Origin: Anaerolineae bacterium
Lineage (GTDB): Bacteria > Chloroflexota > Anaerolineae > Epilineales > JAANWY01
Length of the DNA: 48,410 nt
Assembly (NCBI GenBank): GCA_046758565.1
Contig: JBHIAO010000002.1
Span: 1-48,410, forward strand
Direction: 5' to 3'
This document shows, in pieces, positions 25,540 to 34,383 of this stretch. The first letter of the stretch is position 1. Each line of letters opens with the position of its first letter. A program made the translations under genes and the position numbers. The notes below the pieces were generated by a model. That model did no database searches, had not been told where the DNA came from, and was given only the letters and a program-made list of their open reading frames with translations.

Positions 25540-26391
25540 ATGAGCCATTCCTTCGATGGTGCTGCAGCAGGGTATGATGCCAACTTCTCTCACTCCCGCC
25601 TGGGGCGCTGGCTGCGTGAGAGCGTGTGGGAGCATCTGGCAGCCGCCTTCCATGCCGGCGACCACCTGCTGGAACTTGGCTGCGGCACCGGCGAGGACGC
25701 CATCTGGCTGGCGAAACAGGGCGTGCGCGTCGTGGCGACAGATGCGTCGCCGGCCATGCTGGAGGTGGCCCGGTACAAAGCGGAGAGGGCAGGCGTGACG
25801 GACCAAGTCTCCCTTGCGCGGCTCGATCTCTTGGAGATTAGAGATTGGAGACTAGAGATTGAGGCTGTGGACGACCCAATCTCCAATCTCCATTCTCCAT
25901 TCTCTCATCTCCAATCTCCAATCTCCAGCTTCGACGGCGCTTTCTCGAATTTCGGCGCCCTCAACTGTCTGCCCGACCGCAGGCCCATCGCCGAGGCACT
26001 GGCGCAATGGGTGCGGCCAGGAGGACGGGTTGTGCTGGTGGTAATGGGGCCTCTGTGCCCGTGGGAGGTAGTCTGGCATCTGGCTCATGGTGAAGTGCGG
26101 GCCGCCTTCCGCCGATTTCGATCCGGGGTGGTGGCTCACGTGGGCGGGGGTGCAACGGCGCGCGTGTGGTATCCGTCGCCGCGCCGGCTGCGAGCCGAAT
26201 TCGCGCCGTATTTCCGGCACCTGGAAACCGTCGGTATTGGTGCTCTGCTACCTCCATCGTACCTGAACCATCTGGTGGAGCGGTGGCCGCGCCTGTTCAA
26301 GACACTGGCAACGCTAGAGCGGCGGCTTGGGCACGTATTTCCCTGGCCGTGGCTCAACGACCACTACTTGACCGTCTGCGAACGGAACTAG
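25540..26391 (+). CDS. Class I SAM-dependent methyltransferase
   Basis: LLELGCGTGED, ATDAS and FDGAFSNFGALNC. Confidence 0.9.
   Translation: MSHSFDGAAAGYDANFSHSRLGRWLRESVWEHLAAAFHAGDHLLELGCGTGEDAIWLAKQGVRVVATDASPAMLEVARYKAERAGVTDQVSLARLDLLEIRDWRLEIEAVDDPISNLHSPFSHLQSPISSFDGAFSNFGALNCLPDRRPIAEALAQWVRPGGRVVLVVMGPLCPWEVVWHLAHGEVRAAFRRFRSGVVAHVGGGATARVWYPSPRRLRAEFAPYFRHLETVGIGALLPPSYLNHLVERWPRLFKTLATLERRLGHVFPWPWLNDHYLTVCERN
25831..25927. repeat. In-frame heptamer inverted-repeat array inside the methyltransferase gene
   Basis: (TTGGAGA) about 4-5 units, then (CCAATCT) about 7 units, encoding EIRDWRLEIEAVDDPISNLHSPFSHLQSPIS. Confidence 0.8.
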
Positions 26392-26399
26392 TCTGATCG

Positions 26400-26620
26400 T
26401 CTTATGGTCAATTGGCCTCGTGGTCTAGCTGATCGGCAACCAACGGGCCAAATGACCAACAGGCTCAGCAGATCCACTTTTGCTCGGCTTGGATTGTCAG
26501 ATCCAGGCCGACATCGAGGATTTGGCAATCCCCTCGGAGCAATTTTGGATCTAATGAAGCTAGCTGACCAGGTGGCCAACAGACCAAGTGACCAACAGAC
26601 CAAATGACCAAATGACCAGA
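26400..26620. repeat. Degenerate octamer repeats (GACCAAAT-type) filling the intergenic region
   Basis: For example gccaaatgaccaacag near 26447 and gaccaagt gaccaaca gaccaaat gaccaaat gaccaga at 26582-26620. Confidence 0.6.
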
Positions 26621-27535
26621 TTCGCCTGCCCGGTGTGCCGCACGCTGCTGGAGGCGCCGGCACCGGACGAGCGATGCTGTCCTGTTGATGGGACAGTCTA
26701 TCGGCGCGTGGATGGCATCTGGCGGTTTTTGCTGCCGGAGCGAGCCGCCTTCTTCCAGCAGTTCATCCAGGAATACGAGACCGTGCGCCAGGCCGAGGGC
26801 CGGGGCTCCGACGATCCAGCATACTATCGTGCCCTGCCGTTCCAGGATTTGACGGAGCGCTTCAGCGATGACTGGAGCATCCGGGCGAGGAGCTTTCAGG
26901 CTTTGGTGGAGCAGGTTGTGACGCCTGTCGAAGCGCAGCGTAGCCGGCCACTGACGGTGCTTGACCTGGGCGCCGGCAACGGCTGGCTGTCGTACCGCCT
27001 GGCAGCGCGCGGCCATCAGGTCGCGGCTGTTGATCTGCTGACCAATGCTTTCGACGGCCTGGGCGCCCACATCCACTACGATGTCGCTTTCACACCGGTT
27101 CAGGCCGAGTACGACCGCCTGCCGTTCGAGGCTGATCAGGTGGACCTGGCAGTGTTCAACGGATCGCTCCACTACGCCACGGACTACGAGACGGCACTTA
27201 GTGAGGTGTTGCGGGTCATGCGACGGGATGGCCGGCTGGTCATCATGGATTCGCCGGTGTATCATGACGCGACTAGTGGTGAGCAGATGGTCCGGGAACG
27301 CGAGGCACAGTTCGAGGGGGCACACGGCTTCCCATCCAACGCCATTCCAAGCGAGAACTATCTCACCTACGACCGGCTGGGTGAATTGGCCGGCGCCCTG
27401 GAGCTGAGCTGGGAGGTCATCGAGCCGTTTTACGGCTGGCGCTGGGCCTTGAAGCCGTGGAAAGCGCGCTTGCTGGGCCGCCGCGAGCCGGCCCAGTTCC
27501 TGCTCATAGTGGGACAGCAAGCATCGAAAGGGTGA
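26612..27535 (+). CDS. Class I SAM-dependent methyltransferase with Trm112-like N-terminal Zn ribbon
   Basis: FACPVC...CPVD...DGIW, VLDLGAGNGW, AVD and FNGSLHY. Confidence 0.88.
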   Translation: MTRFACPVCRTLLEAPAPDERCCPVDGTVYRRVDGIWRFLLPERAAFFQQFIQEYETVRQAEGRGSDDPAYYRALPFQDLTERFSDDWSIRARSFQALVEQVVTPVEAQRSRPLTVLDLGAGNGWLSYRLAARGHQVAAVDLLTNAFDGLGAHIHYDVAFTPVQAEYDRLPFEADQVDLAVFNGSLHYATDYETALSEVLRVMRRDGRLVIMDSPVYHDATSGEQMVREREAQFEGAHGFPSNAIPSENYLTYDRLGELAGALELSWEVIEPFYGWRWALKPWKARLLGRREPAQFLLIVGQQASKG

Positions 27536-27537
27536 CG

Positions 27538-28578
27538 ATGATCCCGATTTCAAGTTTGATCGCCAATGCGCTGTGCCGGATGAACGAAGTGACCAATCGC
27601 AACTTCATTCTCCCACTGCTGATCTTCTATCCTACCAGCCGCTGTAACAGCCGCTGCATCTCCTGCGATTGGTGGAAGAGCACGGGCGAGGATGACCTGA
27701 CGCTGGAAGAGATTGCGGAACTGGCGCGCCCTCTGCCGCGGCTGGGCACCCGGGTTGTTCTTCTGTCCGGCGGCGAGCCGCTGCTCCGCCAGGAGATCTT
27801 TGACATCGCCGGGCTGTTTCGCGAGCAGGGGCTCGAGCTGTGGCTTCTGACCAGCGGCCTGTTCCTCAATAAATACGCCCAGCAGGTGGCCCATAATTTC
27901 GCTCGGGTGACCGTCTCCCTCGATGCCGGCACAGCGGCCCTCTATCGCTCCATCCGCGGCGTCGATGCGCTCTCCACGGTCGAGGCCGGCGTACGCCGGC
28001 TGAAAGCACTGGCCCCCGATCTGACCGTTACCGCCCGTGCCACGCTGCATACGGCCAACTACTGTGAACTATCCAGTATTGTGGATAAAGCGAAGGCCAT
28101 GAATCTGGACGGGGTCTCTTTTCTGGCGGCGGATGTGTCCTCGACGGCGTTTGGACGGACGGCACCGCCGGGGGAGAACAGTCACCTCTTGTTGAGTCGC
28201 GAAGAAGTCGCCGAATTCAGGTTGGTCGTCGAGCAGACGGTGGCGGCCTATCAGGATGATTTTGGATCTGGCTTTATCGCTGAGAGTCCGGCCAAACTGC
28301 GCCGGCTGCCCCAGTACTATGCCGCCATGCGCAACGAAGGGGAATTTCCCCCTGTGGCGTGCAACGCGCCCTGGGTCTCGGTGGTGGTCGAGGCCAACGG
28401 GACCGTGCGGCCCTGTTTCTTCCATCAACCCGTGGGAAACGTCCGCGATAAGTCGTTGGCCGAGATCATTCAGGAGGATCTGCCGGCCTTCCGCCGGCGA
28501 CTGGATGTGTCTACCAATCCCGTGTGCCAGCGCTGTGTATGCTCACTCAAGGTCAGCATGCAGAGTGACATGTGGTAG
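27538..28578 (+). CDS. Radical SAM protein with SPASM/Twitch domain
   Basis: CNSRCISC, LSGGEPLL, VSLDA and C-terminal CNAPW...ANGTVRPC...GN...CQRCVC. Confidence 0.9.
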   Translation: MIPISSLIANALCRMNEVTNRNFILPLLIFYPTSRCNSRCISCDWWKSTGEDDLTLEEIAELARPLPRLGTRVVLLSGGEPLLRQEIFDIAGLFREQGLELWLLTSGLFLNKYAQQVAHNFARVTVSLDAGTAALYRSIRGVDALSTVEAGVRRLKALAPDLTVTARATLHTANYCELSSIVDKAKAMNLDGVSFLAADVSSTAFGRTAPPGENSHLLLSREEVAEFRLVVEQTVAAYQDDFGSGFIAESPAKLRRLPQYYAAMRNEGEFPPVACNAPWVSVVVEANGTVRPCFFHQPVGNVRDKSLAEIIQEDLPAFRRRLDVSTNPVCQRCVCSLKVSMQSDMW

Positions 28579-28606
28579 GTATAGACTTTCAAATAATGTT
28601 TCGTGC

Positions 28607-28663
28607 TTGTAGTAACGATTTCAATCGTTTTGGCGGGGCGAACGACTGAAGTCGTTACTACGA
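28607..28663. repeat. GTAG-type REP doublet
   Basis: TTGTAGTAACGATTTCAATCGTT and an inverted copy AACGACTGAAGTCGTTACTACGA (20/23). Each unit is GTAG followed by a short palindrome. Confidence 0.75.
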
Positions 28664-28731
28664 ACCCCGAATGTTTTTCTGAATATCTATAGCCGTTCCC
28701 GTTGTGTGGAAAACAGTTATCGGATGAAGCG

Positions 28732-30621
28732 ATGGCGACAACGAACTCTCTGGCCCGGCGGCGAAGACCAGTCAGTATGTCCCGGTTCCTAAGCAACACC
28801 CGGGTCAATGGATGGCTGGTCGGGTTGCTGCTGATGCACTTTCTTGGTTTTCTGTACTACCTGCCCCCTGCGGTGGTATTTCGAAACCAGCCCATCAACA
28901 ACGTAGACTACGGGACTCACTTCTATCAGGCCGCAGCGGTCGGCGAGTTCTTGCAGGATTACGGCCGGGCCTGGGGTTACGAGCCTTATTTCCTGGCCGG
29001 CTATCCTCTCGGCACGGTGTACGATATCGATAACAAAGCCGTGGAGCTGTGGGTATCGGCGCTGTCGTTCCTGGGTATGCCGCTGGCCTTCAACCTGTTC
29101 ATCGCTGTTGTCTTCCTGAGCCTGCCCTGGGTGCTGCACCAGGCCGCCGGCTACCTGGGCCTGTCGTCTGGCGCGCGGGCGGTCGTAGGCTTCCTGACCC
29201 TGGCGCTGTGGTATCTCGACCCTTCGGTACGCTGGACGTGGCAGGGAGGAATACTGGCCTTCGTGACGGCCAGCGCGCTGGCTGTTCTGGTTGTCGCCGC
29301 TTTCCTGAGATATCTGGAATCAGGGGGCAAGCGCCCGTTCATCACCGCCACCATAGCGGCCGGCCTGGCTTTCCTGGTACATGCCAGCGTGTTCTTCATC
29401 CTGGTCGTGCCGTTGGCCGTCGGCCTCGGGCTGTATTGGAGACAACTGACGTCCCAGCGGTGGCGAACAATCGGTCTGTTCGCGGCCGTCATCCTGCTGC
29501 TCAACGTCTACTGGCTGGTGCCTGCGTTCCAATTTGCGTACATCAAAACCAACTCATCTCAGTTCCTCCAGGGCGGTCTGCCGGCGCTGTGGGATGATCT
29601 TCTGGGCCGGGGGCTCACCCAGGGTACGGTGTACCGCCGCCTGTTCGTTGTCCGGTTCACGGTCCTGGCCCTGGCAATAGGTGGCCTCCGGGTGTGGTGG
29701 AGAGCCCGTCAGCGCCGATGGTTCTGGGTCTTCGTATCTGCCATCGGTGGGCTGTTGAGCCTGGGATATTTGGGTGTCTATCTGCCGGGGGGCGGGAATC
29801 TACAACCATATCGCTTCGTGATCCCGGCCCTGCTGCTGGCAACGCTGCCGGCGGCCCGGGTGGTCCCGCCTCTGAAAAACCAGTGGCGGCGAGCGACGGG
29901 CCGGCGGCGGGTGTGGGGTGGCGCCCTGGCACTTGGTGTGGCTCTGCTTTGGGTGACCGCGGTGGTGTACTTCCGGCCGCGCGCCGGGGACCGGTTGACG
30001 GGACCGGCGGCGGCATACCAGGAGGTGTTCACCTGGATCGCCGATAACACAACGGCGCAGGCGCGAGTCCTGGTGGATGACTGGCGCCTGGGGACCCTGA
30101 TTCCTTACTACACCGGTCGAGAGGTCATCGGTGGACCCTTCTTCTGGATGTGGATCAAGCATGGCTACGCCAACGCCGGTCTGCGAGGGGAGATGTTTGG
30201 CCGGCCGGTGGTCAGCTACACGCCTGAACACCTGCGACGCATGCTGGTGGGCTACAACGTAGGCTGGATCATCACCAATCCGCGCTTCACACCAGGCTGG
30301 TACTCCCTGGACGACTTCTACGCCGAGCGGGCAGCGCCCTTCACCCGGATCGGCGAAGTGGCCGGCTTTAATGTGTACCGGGTAGACGTTGGACCAGGCT
30401 ATTTCTTTCAGGGGCGCGGGCGGGTGACAGCCGGCCGCAACTGGATTCGAGTGGAAGACGCCGCAGCCGGCCCTATCGTTCTGAAATATCACTGGTTGGA
30501 GACCCTGCGGACGGATCCGCCCCTGCGGCTGGAGCGTTTCGATGCCCTCGGTGATCCGGTGGGGTTCGTTAAGGTCTATAACGAGTCGGTTCGCGAATTC
30601 ACTATCTACAATGGGTACTGA
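28732..30621 (+). CDS. Polytopic membrane protein, putative GT-C fold transferase (YfhO/PTPS-related membrane-protein-like)
   Basis: First loop DYGTHFYQ...WGYEPYFLAGYP, many TM segments, PYRF and a soluble C-terminal domain. Start uncertain (28702, 28732 or 28777). Confidence 0.6.
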   Translation: MATTNSLARRRRPVSMSRFLSNTRVNGWLVGLLLMHFLGFLYYLPPAVVFRNQPINNVDYGTHFYQAAAVGEFLQDYGRAWGYEPYFLAGYPLGTVYDIDNKAVELWVSALSFLGMPLAFNLFIAVVFLSLPWVLHQAAGYLGLSSGARAVVGFLTLALWYLDPSVRWTWQGGILAFVTASALAVLVVAAFLRYLESGGKRPFITATIAAGLAFLVHASVFFILVVPLAVGLGLYWRQLTSQRWRTIGLFAAVILLLNVYWLVPAFQFAYIKTNSSQFLQGGLPALWDDLLGRGLTQGTVYRRLFVVRFTVLALAIGGLRVWWRARQRRWFWVFVSAIGGLLSLGYLGVYLPGGGNLQPYRFVIPALLLATLPAARVVPPLKNQWRRATGRRRVWGGALALGVALLWVTAVVYFRPRAGDRLTGPAAAYQEVFTWIADNTTAQARVLVDDWRLGTLIPYYTGREVIGGPFFWMWIKHGYANAGLRGEMFGRPVVSYTPEHLRRMLVGYNVGWIITNPRFTPGWYSLDDFYAERAAPFTRIGEVAGFNVYRVDVGPGYFFQGRGRVTAGRNWIRVEDAAAGPIVLKYHWLETLRTDPPLRLERFDALGDPVGFVKVYNESVREFTIYNGY

Positions 30622-30674
30622 TGATTGCAAACGGAAAAAAGTAACATGCCATGAAGATGCGCAGACGGCCCTTG

Positions 30675-30741
30675 CCCTCCTCTAACTCCCCCCAAAGGGG
30701 GGAGAACAGGCTTCCCCCCCTCTGGGGGGGATTGAAGGGGG
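30675..30741. repeat. C/G-rich palindromic REP-like element
   Basis: CCCTCCTCTAACTCCCCCCAAAGGGGGGAG...CCCCCCCTCTGGGGGGGATTGAAGGGGG, two hairpins. Confidence 0.6.
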
Positions 30742-30749
30742 AGCCAGCG

Positions 30750-32081
30750 GTGTACGACTTTTCCCGTCTGGCGGTAATAGTGCTCGTTCTGGCGGCCGTT
30801 TTCTTCGTCGCCGGCGGCCTCGTGCCTGGCGCGACACGGCTGACATGGGGGTTCTCGGCCTATTACACCGGGGCACGCCTGCTGGCTGAGGGGGCGGATA
30901 TGAGCCGCCTGTATGACCAGGCGTGGTTCCGGGCTCAGGTAGCCGCCTTCGGGATCACCGGCCCCCAGACCAGCGACATCTGGTTCGTCAACCCGCCGAC
31001 CACGACCTTGCTGATGGCCGGTTTGGCAGGCCTGACGCCCCCCCTAGCTCGCCTGGCCTGGACGGGTTTCAACCTGCTGGTTCTGCCGGCAGCCCTGTTG
31101 CTGCTCATACGAACCCTGGGGGTTCGACCAAGCCTGACCGAATGGATGCTCCTGGCGACGATGGTGCTGGTCTTTAATCCGCTGCACGAAAACTTTCGCT
31201 GGGGGCAGACTTATGTGCTGTTGCTTCTGCTGCACGTCACTTTTCTCTACGGGTATCTGGAGAAGCGCGATCTGGTGGCCGGCCTCTCCCTGGCGTTGAT
31301 GCTCACCTTGAAAACGTACGGCGCTTTCCTGATCCTCTTCCTGCTTTTCCGCCGGCGGTGGCGAGCCCTGCTTCATACGTTGGGCGTGGCAGCGCTTGTC
31401 GTACTGGTCAGCCTGCCACGCCTGGCCCTGCCGATCTGGGAAACCTACCTGCTGGACATTGTGCCAAGTGTGAGGGCATATGCGGGGATCGGTGTAACCG
31501 GCTATCAGACGCTCAGCAGTTTCATTGAACACGTATTTAGCTACGACCCGCTGGGCAGCCCCAGGCCGCTGATGGATGTGCCGTGGCTGGCCACTGCTCT
31601 GGTAATCGGGCTAAGCGCATTCATTCTGGTCACCACTCTGCGCACATGCCGGCAGCCAGGGTGCAGGGATCGAGACTTTGAGGCCCTATCCATAGCGGCC
31701 TTCACGGCAATCAGCGTGCCGCTGGCTCCCCTGGCCGAGGAGCACCACTTCACGGTGCTGATTCTCCCGCTGGTGGTGCTGGGAGCCCATCTCCTGCGGC
31801 GCGGTCTGCGGATTCAGGTGCTCACCACCGGGCTGGCGGGCTATGGGCTGTTGGCCGCCCCCCTGCCTTTTATGCATCCCAGGCTCACTCAAGGATGGTG
31901 GGCGTTTCTGGCCTATCCCAAGCTCTACGGGGCGTTGTTACTTTGGTTGGCGCTCCTGTTCCACCTGCGGGCATACCGGCAGGCGTTAGCGGAGCCCAAA
32001 CAACCCCCTGAGATACTGGGGGAAGGAGAAGACCGGGTAGATCACAGTCACTCGCGTTTCTCTTTGTTCCTGGACAAATGA
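30750..32081 (+). CDS. Glycosyltransferase family 87 (DUF2029)-like membrane protein
   Basis: FSAYYTGARL, FVNPPT, ENFRWGQ, LKTY, YQTL and EEHH. Start at GTG 30750 or ATG 30651. Confidence 0.75.
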   Translation: MYDFSRLAVIVLVLAAVFFVAGGLVPGATRLTWGFSAYYTGARLLAEGADMSRLYDQAWFRAQVAAFGITGPQTSDIWFVNPPTTTLLMAGLAGLTPPLARLAWTGFNLLVLPAALLLLIRTLGVRPSLTEWMLLATMVLVFNPLHENFRWGQTYVLLLLLHVTFLYGYLEKRDLVAGLSLALMLTLKTYGAFLILFLLFRRRWRALLHTLGVAALVVLVSLPRLALPIWETYLLDIVPSVRAYAGIGVTGYQTLSSFIEHVFSYDPLGSPRPLMDVPWLATALVIGLSAFILVTTLRTCRQPGCRDRDFEALSIAAFTAISVPLAPLAEEHHFTVLILPLVVLGAHLLRRGLRIQVLTTGLAGYGLLAAPLPFMHPRLTQGWWAFLAYPKLYGALLLWLALLFHLRAYRQALAEPKQPPEILGEGEDRVDHSHSRFSLFLDK

Positions 32082-34369
32082 GGTTCACGATGTTTCCGCG
32101 TCCAGCATCCCAAGGTTTTCAGAAGGCCACCAAAGGGCCCCGGAGCACTGTCGTCCTGGCCCTGTGGCGTCGGGTCAGCACGGGGCTGTTCCTCAACCTG
32201 GCCTGCTTGGCTCTGGCCACGGGTTTCCTGTGGCGCGCTGTCCTGCCGGCCATGACCAGTGTAAACACCGATTTCCCCAACTACTACGTTCCGGCGCGGC
32301 TGGTCCTTAATAGGCGTGACCTGAGCCAGGTCTACGACTGGGCGTGGCTTCAGCGCCAGGCCAACGCTGCGGGCCTAGGGCATCAACTGGTCGGCTTCAT
32401 CCCTTTCCCCCCGCCTAGCGCGCTCATTATGCTACCCCTGGCCGGCCTCGATCCGCTGACGGCCAAACGGGTCTGGGTGGTTTTTACCGTCGTGCTCCTC
32501 CTCGTCGCCGCCTGGCTTCTGGCCCGGATCACCTGGCAGGACACCCGGTTGATGCTGATGCTGCTTTTCCTCTCCGGGTCGGCGCTGCGCAACAACTTTC
32601 TCTACGGGCAATTCTATCTGGTTTTGCTGCTATTGCTCTCGGCGACGCTCTACCTGTACCAAGAGAAGCAGGAGACCTGGGCTGGCCTGACGCTGTCCCT
32701 GGCGATCATCACCAAGCTCATACCTCTGGCCTTGGTGCCCTACTTCATGCTGAAGCGGGCCTGGCGCCTCCTGGGCGCGGCCCTCGTTTTCGGCACTCTG
32801 TGTCTGGGGGTGAGCGTAGCGACCTTAGGAATTGAGGTGCACCGGGTGTACATCCGGGAGATTCTGCCCCGCGCCCTGAACGGGATGTTGCTAAATCCAT
32901 ACTGGGTCGGCTTCAACACCATGAGCAGCCTGGCCCTGAGGCTCTTCGTCTACGAGCCAGATTTGAACCCGCACCCGCTTGCTGATATTCCCGCTTTGGC
33001 GGTTTTCCTAAAGACCCTGTTCAACCTGGGCGTTCTCGTCAGCGCCCTGGTCGTAGTAGAGTTGCGGAGGCGAGCACAAAGTACCATTTCGGTGCAACTG
33101 GAGTACGCTGCTTTTCTGCTGGTTGGCCTACTGATGGCCCCGATTCAGGCAACTTATCACTTCGTGCTGTCGGCCCTGGTCATGGCCGTGCTTATGGCCT
33201 ATTGGCGCAAAGAGGGCCGGTACCTCCCCTTGGCAGCCGCGTTAGCGATTTATCTCTTCATCGGCTCACCATGGCTGGGGTGGTTCTTTCACTTCGCCTC
33301 GGGCACAGCGACGCCTCTAGCCTACGCGCGCCTGTGGGCAACGTTCGCCCTATTCGTCCTGGTCCTGCTGGCCATCAGGAATAGCCGGAAGGGGGTGCCT
33401 CGAGGCCTAGGAGATACCCTGCCAGATGGGCGGACAGGGTGGGTTGCCCTGATGAAGGTGGTCTCACTGGCTGGGCTGGTTCTGGGACTGGCGAGCACCG
33501 CAACGTGGCTGCAGGTGTTGCTGACAGGCAAGGTGGCCGATGGAGCGCGCCACCTGGCGTTGGATCGCCCACCCCTGATGGCCCTCTCACCTAGCCCTTC
33601 CCAGGGCAAGCTGGTCTACAGCGCGATAGAGATAGAGAGGAATAACATTCGTGGCTATGTATTGCGGTCCAGACCTGAGCTCCCGATTCCTCCACTCCCT
33701 TTCTTCGCCCTCGACCCAGAACTGTCGCCTGACGGGAGGGTGATCCTCTTCGAGGCACTGGAGGGCGGCCGCTCGCACATCTACTGGTTGGACGAGGTCG
33801 GAGAGCTTAAGCAGGTGTCGGCCCTGGCCGGCAACGCTTATCACCCTACCTGGGCGCCTGATGGCAGGGTCTTTGCCTATGTCTCCGACGCTGCGGGAAA
33901 CGCCGATCTCTACACCCAATCCTTTGAGCCGGGAGCCGTGGCCCGGAGGGTCACGACTTCTCCTTACGACGAGACGGAGCCCGCCTTCTCGCCCGATGGG
34001 CGACAACTGTTCTTCGTCTCGAACGAAACAGGTTGGCCCAAGATCTTCACCCTTGATCTGAGGAGCAGGCGGCGGCAACAGCTCACGTTCGGCCGCTGGG
34101 ACGACCGGGGATGCCAGGCTTCGCCCGATGGCCGCTGGGTGGCCTTCGCCTCGAACCAGACCGGCAATTGGGACGTCTTGGTGCTCGACCTGGCCGATAG
34201 CAGCCTGCGTCGGATCACCTACGACCGGGCATCGGATACCCAGCCGGCGTGGCTGGATGAGGACACCCTGATCTTCGCCTCCGACCGGCGGCGGGGGATT
34301 GGGTTCAGCGGGCTATACACCATCGACCTGGGAAAGTTGGGCTACAAGCCCGACTACACAGGCCGTTGA
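32078..34369 (+). CDS. GT87-like membrane glycosyltransferase fused to a C-terminal TolB-like (PD40) beta-propeller
   Basis: TDFPNYY, PFPPPS, NFLYGQF and TKL in the N-terminal part. Repeats PELSPDGR, PTWAPDGR, PAFSPDGR and ASPDGRWVAFASN in the C-terminal part. Confidence 0.85.
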   Translation: MRFTMFPRPASQGFQKATKGPRSTVVLALWRRVSTGLFLNLACLALATGFLWRAVLPAMTSVNTDFPNYYVPARLVLNRRDLSQVYDWAWLQRQANAAGLGHQLVGFIPFPPPSALIMLPLAGLDPLTAKRVWVVFTVVLLLVAAWLLARITWQDTRLMLMLLFLSGSALRNNFLYGQFYLVLLLLLSATLYLYQEKQETWAGLTLSLAIITKLIPLALVPYFMLKRAWRLLGAALVFGTLCLGVSVATLGIEVHRVYIREILPRALNGMLLNPYWVGFNTMSSLALRLFVYEPDLNPHPLADIPALAVFLKTLFNLGVLVSALVVVELRRRAQSTISVQLEYAAFLLVGLLMAPIQATYHFVLSALVMAVLMAYWRKEGRYLPLAAALAIYLFIGSPWLGWFFHFASGTATPLAYARLWATFALFVLVLLAIRNSRKGVPRGLGDTLPDGRTGWVALMKVVSLAGLVLGLASTATWLQVLLTGKVADGARHLALDRPPLMALSPSPSQGKLVYSAIEIERNNIRGYVLRSRPELPIPPLPFFALDPELSPDGRVILFEALEGGRSHIYWLDEVGELKQVSALAGNAYHPTWAPDGRVFAYVSDAAGNADLYTQSFEPGAVARRVTTSPYDETEPAFSPDGRQLFFVSNETGWPKIFTLDLRSRRRQQLTFGRWDDRGCQASPDGRWVAFASNQTGNWDVLVLDLADSSLRRITYDRASDTQPAWLDEDTLIFASDRRRGIGFSGLYTIDLGKLGYKPDYTGR

Positions 34370-34383
34370 GAAGGAGAACCCTC

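Noticed and set aside
26400-26620. CRISPR array (also considered for 35800-36008 and 37507-37655)
   Set aside because: The units are 7-10 bp degenerate tandem repeats or REP palindromes without regular unique spacers, and there are no cas genes.
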